A stretch of DNA of 64,000 nt, taken from NCBI GenBank assembly GCA_016219925.1, contig JACRJU010000013.1, positions 180,472 through 244,471 on the forward strand, written 5' to 3'. This stretch comes from Candidatus Uhrbacteria bacterium (lineage in GTDB: Bacteria > Patescibacteriota > Patescibacteriia > UBA9934 > GWF2-40-263). Positions 59,739-64,000 of the stretch are shown here, in pieces. The notes below the pieces were generated by a model. That model was not told the origin of the DNA, did no database searches, and worked only from the letters and a program-made list of their open reading frames with translations. How positions within the stretch are numbered: position 1 is the stretch's first letter; every line of letters starts with the position of its first letter. The translations under genes and the position numbers were made by a program.

Positions 59739-61349
59739 CTACTGCTCGCTCATGGTGATCGGTTCGAGCGGTTTGGCCTTTTTCAGGAGACGACGTTGGA
59801 TTGCGTTCAAAAAAGCCCGAAGCTCTTCAGATTTAAGAAGAGAGGCAATGAAACCGAAAACGATCAGTCCCACGAAGCCCGCCACACCCCCCTGCATGAA
59901 AACCCCCACAAAAGAACTAAGCGGAAATACCATTGAGAGAGCGGGTTTTAACAACTGAGTCACAACCGCGCAGACCATTCCCGCCACGAAAAGTTTCATA
60001 AACGAGGTCATGATACGCGCCTCGTCAAGCGAACCGAGTCGTTTTCGAAGAGGAACCCAAAGCAAAATCAGATTGACGACCGCATAAACAGAATAAGCAA
60101 TCCCGAGGCCAACGACTCCGAAGGACTGTTTAAAAACAAAAGCGCTTAGTAAGCCAGACAACGCACCGATGAGTCCGGCGGTCAGTGGCGTCAGGGTGTC
60201 GTGAAGAGCGAAGAACATGCGAGCGAGAATAAAAACAAGGGACTGCGGGATGAGCGTAAGAACGAAAAAAGCTAGCGTGTCCGCCGTCAAAATAGTTGAT
60301 GTCCAATCAAAAGCTCCTGCCCCGACAACGACACGAACCATTTGGGCTCGCAAGATAAGAAAAAGGACCGTAACGGGTATCAGAAAAAAGAGCGCTTGTC
60401 TCACTGTAGAAGAAAATGCCTGACGGGCCCCGTCAAGATCGTGATCTTCGAGATGCGCGCAAAACGTTGGAAAAGCGGCGATCGCGAGCGACACGCCAAC
60501 TATGCCGACCGGAAAAAATTGAATGTTGTAAGCAAATTGAAAAATCGTTACCGATCCCGCGGACATCGTCGTAGCGATCATGGCCAAGACAATGAAAAGA
60601 ATTTGATTGACGGCAATTCCCAGGATACGTGGACCGGTCAGAGAGAGAAGTTCACGAACATCGGACGAACGAAAATTGATCAAAGGACGATAAACATAGC
60701 CGGTTCCAAAACAGCCCAACCACTGCATAAGCAAGTGTAAAGCGGCTCCAAGTACGACGCCCCAAGCCAAACCGATCGGCCCGAGAAAACGGACAAACCA
60801 TACGGCGCCGATAATAATGCCGATGTTGTACAAGATCGGTGCGCTGGCATACAAAAAAAATCGTTTCAGACTTTGCAAAGCGCTCCCCAAAACCATGGAG
60901 AGTCCGAGCAAGATTTGGGCAACAAGCATGATACGCATGAAATCTGAAACAGTCTGTTGTTTGGCGACGCTAAAACCCGGCGCGATCACTTGAGCGAGTG
61001 GATGGGAAAAAATGATGAGCGTAATCGTCAGAAGCGCAAGAGCAATACCGGTGAGATTAAGGACCGTACTTGTGAAGTTCCAAGCCGATTCATGACTCGA
61101 TCGAAAATATTTGTTTGTAAAAATTGGAATAAAACTGGCAGACAACGCTCCGACGACCATGAGACTGAACATGAGGTCTGGAATTTTAAAAGCGGCATAG
61201 TAAACATCCAACGTATCCCCTGCCCCAAAAGTTCCAGCCAATATGCGATCGCGAATGAAACCGAACACGCGACTGAAAAAAGAAAATAAGCCGACAATGG
61301 TTGCGGCGCCGATGATCGTTTTTGATTCTGCGTTAATCAACCGAAACAT
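59739..61349 (-). CDS. murJ: Lipid II flippase MurJ
   Basis: [20 protein letters not shown] and QFFPVG motifs. Confidence 0.95.
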   Translation of the reverse strand: MFRLINAESKTIIGAATIVGLFSFFSRVFGFIRDRILAGTFGAGDTLDVYYAAFKIPDLMFSLMVVGALSASFIPIFTNKYFRSSHESAWNFTSTVLNLTGIALALLTITLIIFSHPLAQVIAPGFSVAKQQTVSDFMRIMLVAQILLGLSMVLGSALQSLKRFFLYASAPILYNIGIIIGAVWFVRFLGPIGLAWGVVLGAALHLLMQWLGCFGTGYVYRPLINFRSSDVRELLSLTGPRILGIAVNQILFIVLAMIATTMSAGSVTIFQFAYNIQFFPVGIVGVSLAIAAFPTFCAHLEDHDLDGARQAFSSTVRQALFFLIPVTVLFLILRAQMVRVVVGAGAFDWTSTILTADTLAFFVLTLIPQSLVFILARMFFALHDTLTPLTAGLIGALSGLLSAFVFKQSFGVVGLGIAYSVYAVVNLILLWVPLRKRLGSLDEARIMTSFMKLFVAGMVCAVVTQLLKPALSMVFPLSSFVGVFMQGGVAGFVGLIVFGFIASLLKSEELRAFLNAIQRRLLKKAKPLEPITMSEQ

Positions 61350-62454
61350 AGTTCGTACGGCGCATTTTGTAAAAAGCGAATACTCCGATAATCAGAAGCC
61401 CTCCGAGCGAACTAAGTAGAAAAACGATCAAACGATTATGCAGAGAAAAAAACGGCACAAAAATGGTGGCATTTTCCGTCGAGGAGTTTCCTTCCTTATC
61501 CGTGAGAGTTAGTTCGACCCGATAAGCCCCGCTTGTACGAAACGTATGTGTTACCTCCGTTTTATTGGAATGAACGCCGTCATCGAAATCCCAATCATAC
61601 TGGGTGTCCGATAAGACGGGGGTGCTGATACGGAAAATAAAAGTGTTCCATGACTGTCGTTGATAGTTAAAAACGGCATTCGGCGAAAACGTCAGAGAAG
61701 GTTTTTGAACCTCGGTCGTTGGAGCCGTTGGGACGGATGGCTCGAAGGGAACGGAATCAGTTTGGATTTGTTCAGCCACTTTTTTCACGATGTTTGTAAA
61801 AGCGTGTTCAACCGGTTTTTGAGGGGAAGTTGCTTGACGTTTAGGGTCCGTAGGAAACGCGTCCTGCGCATCCAGTGTTCCATCTTGATCTGTATCAGCA
61901 ACTAACGAATTTGAATGCTGTTCTGCTTCCACCGCATCGGATAATCCATCATTGTCATCATCTTCGTCGCAGGCGTTGCCAAGTCCATCGCCGTCTGCGT
62001 CAGCCTGATCCGGATTGGAGATTTGAGAACAGTTATCTTTGGCATCATCAATGCCATCTCCATCTTCATCAAGGATTGGTGTGAGAACGCCTGTAATGGC
62101 CGTGTTGTTTTCAGGATGTTGATCTTCCGGATCTGTTCCGCGAATTTCTGCGCGAATATTAAATGAAGTCGATGGAACGATAAAATCAATGTATACCTCC
62201 TCGGGCACGCCATTTGCAAGAACGGAAATAACCTGTGAGCTTCCTAGAACGAAATTTCCTTGAAAGAAAGTGACGTAACCCTGAACATCAAGATCACCCA
62301 TATTCTGGATACGCGCATACAAACGAACCGTTTTTCCCGCAACAAGAGTCGGGGTGGAAAAACGGATATCATTTTGTATGATACTTAAGTCCGCATTGGC
62401 GCCGAGAGCGCTGAGCGGGAAGAAAAAAACAAGAAGAAGGAAGACTATACGCAT
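61333..62454 (-). CDS. Surface protein with CARDB/Ig-like, thrombospondin type-3 and PKD domains and a C-terminal TM
   Basis: Signal peptide; [31 protein letters not shown]; WDFDDG..HTF. Confidence 0.85.
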   Translation of the reverse strand: MRIVFLLLVFFFPLSALGANADLSIIQNDIRFSTPTLVAGKTVRLYARIQNMGDLDVQGYVTFFQGNFVLGSSQVISVLANGVPEEVYIDFIVPSTSFNIRAEIRGTDPEDQHPENNTAITGVLTPILDEDGDGIDDAKDNCSQISNPDQADADGDGLGNACDEDDDNDGLSDAVEAEQHSNSLVADTDQDGTLDAQDAFPTDPKRQATSPQKPVEHAFTNIVKKVAEQIQTDSVPFEPSVPTAPTTEVQKPSLTFSPNAVFNYQRQSWNTFIFRISTPVLSDTQYDWDFDDGVHSNKTEVTHTFRTSGAYRVELTLTDKEGNSSTENATIFVPFFSLHNRLIVFLLSSLGGLLIIGVFAFYKMRRTNYVSVD

Positions 62455-63008
62455 AAGTCAACGCGGTCTTGGGCATCGAGCCAAAATTTAGCCGCTTCAT
62501 CAGCATTAAGATGCAGACTATCACAAAAGGTTGGATGCACACGCACCGTCACCTGATCGATCTTGACGGATGGATCGCGCAACACCTGGAGGCGGATTGT
62601 CTGACCGTGATGAAGCTCAAGACGCTTGGCGGTTTGTTCATTCACGTGAAGATGCCTTGCAGGGATGATTACTCCTTGTGATACTGCGACCTCGTTTAAA
62701 TCATTTTTCAAAACGCAATTTCCTGATCGAACGAGATCACCCGAGACTCTTACTGGAATATCCAGTCCAAGTGCGCGAGCTTCACTCGCGGTCAACTCCA
62801 CTTGGGAATGTTCACGCGATGGACCGAGCACATGGACATTATCTAACCAACCGGTTGGTGAGTGAACGGCGATCATCAATCCGGTAACGAACTGACCAAA
62901 GTGTCCAAGAGGAGTCATGGAAGGCCATGACCGGTCACCAAATAATTTCACGAAATCATCTTGACTAAGATGGATGTGGCGATGTTGCACGAAAACGGGG
63001 AAACTCAT
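62445..63008 (-). CDS. pduL: PduL-family phosphate acyltransferase
   Basis: RHIHLS, VLGP.R..SQVE, RHLH and LHLNADEA motifs. Confidence 0.88.
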   Translation of the reverse strand: MSFPVFVQHRHIHLSQDDFVKLFGDRSWPSMTPLGHFGQFVTGLMIAVHSPTGWLDNVHVLGPSREHSQVELTASEARALGLDIPVRVSGDLVRSGNCVLKNDLNEVAVSQGVIIPARHLHVNEQTAKRLELHHGQTIRLQVLRDPSVKIDQVTVRVHPTFCDSLHLNADEAAKFWLDAQDRVDLCV

Positions 63009-63010
63009 AG

Positions 63011-63928
63011 TTACGACTTTGGACGCTTGATGATCCAATACATCACCAAAAGCATGATGAGGAAAGAACCGATAAACAGAATCGTCACAGCCTGAACATT
63101 GTGAGCAAAAGGGAGCCATGTCACATTCATTCCATAAAAACCAGCGATGAAAGTTGGGATCATCAGTGAAGCGGTAATAATGGTAAGCAGGGTGATGACC
63201 TCGTTCGTTCGGTGTGTCAGAAGAGTTTCATTGACATTAAATAGTCCGTCCAAAAGAAGTTCTAGATTATCCGTCGTGACAGCAATTGTATCGAGATCGT
63301 CTCGAAGATTATCAAAGTAAACCGTGATCTCTTCAGGAATAAAGGTACGCTTGGTTGCTTGGAGAATCGAAATAATGCTTCGTTGCGGTTCGATGACGTG
63401 CCGCAAAAATAACACGTTGCGTCTCACGTGTGCCAAAGAAACCGTGATCGATTTATCGTAATGATGTTCGATGGCCTCCTCAAGCCGGCTCACTTCCATC
63501 GAAAGATCGCTGGCGATATTACGACTATCGCGAAAGGCGTCCATAAGAACTTGATACATGACAAACGCTGGACCTTTGGAAAAGAGCGAAGCGCGAAAAC
63601 GGGCATTTCGATCCACCCGCGAGAAAAGATCATCAATGGCAGAAAGAGAGGCGCGTGAAAGGGTGACGAGTTGTTTATCTGCAAGGAAAATACAAAGCGG
63701 CTCTCGCGCAACTTTTTGTGAAAACGTGTTGTACACCGGAATATGGAAGACAAGAAATACGTAATGCTTGTACGTGTCGATCTTGGAGAGATAAGATTCA
63801 GAACAAATGTCATCATAATCAAGATGGTGAAAACGAAAATGTTCCTGCAGATACTGCAGGTCTTCTTCTCGAAATGGGCTGAAGTTCAGCCACTGCATTT
63901 CTTCGGTTTTGGATTCTTGAGAAGACAT
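63011..63928 (-). CDS. corA: CorA family Mg/Co transporter
   Basis: PTFIAGFYGMN with two C-terminal TM helices. Confidence 0.93.
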   Translation of the reverse strand: MSSQESKTEEMQWLNFSPFREEDLQYLQEHFRFHHLDYDDICSESYLSKIDTYKHYVFLVFHIPVYNTFSQKVAREPLCIFLADKQLVTLSRASLSAIDDLFSRVDRNARFRASLFSKGPAFVMYQVLMDAFRDSRNIASDLSMEVSRLEEAIEHHYDKSITVSLAHVRRNVLFLRHVIEPQRSIISILQATKRTFIPEEITVYFDNLRDDLDTIAVTTDNLELLLDGLFNVNETLLTHRTNEVITLLTIITASLMIPTFIAGFYGMNVTWLPFAHNVQAVTILFIGSFLIMLLVMYWIIKRPKS

Positions 63929-64000
63929 GAGGGGTCGCGTTAAGGTTTCTTTTTCTTGAATGGAATGTGTCCGAACGTATAGTTGAATTTGTTATGACGA

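Noticed and set aside
61850-62070. Asp-rich repetitive DNA as a VNTR or DGR target
   Set aside because: Explained by thrombospondin type-3 Ca-binding repeats; no template/variable repeat pair or reverse transcriptase

Overview
Chromosomal window from a small-genome bacterium, most likely Patescibacteria/CPR (Parcubacteria-like). This is inferred from the short AlaRS and MetRS, an RpoA without its C-terminal domain, CPR-type surface proteins and near-leaderless transcripts. The backbone is housekeeping: rsmI-metG-cvpA-tatD, a complete F1Fo atp operon, a UvrD-nuclease and dciA, mreBCD-pbp2, zur-znuACB, greA-lysS-alr-ftsQ, gltX, CIRCE-controlled clpB, priA-def-fmt, a glycan locus, the infA-rpsI ribosomal cluster, alaS, murJ, pduL and corA. 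Three layers are not explained by this annotation. (1) Six GC-rich orphan transcription units sit between housekeeping genes. Each has a Shine-Dalgarno and an intrinsic terminator and five have a clear sigma70 promoter, whereas many host genes are leaderless and lack an SD. (2) At least three families of intergenic long hairpin repeats occur. Two show compensatory stem changes, one copy has another palindrome nested inside it, and one pair brackets atpI-atpD. (3) Three beta-carbonic-anhydrase-fold genes follow atpC in tandem, one with lost Zn ligands. No rRNA, tRNA, CRISPR array, integrase or transposase was seen. Start codons were chosen by eye and GC statements are visual estimates.
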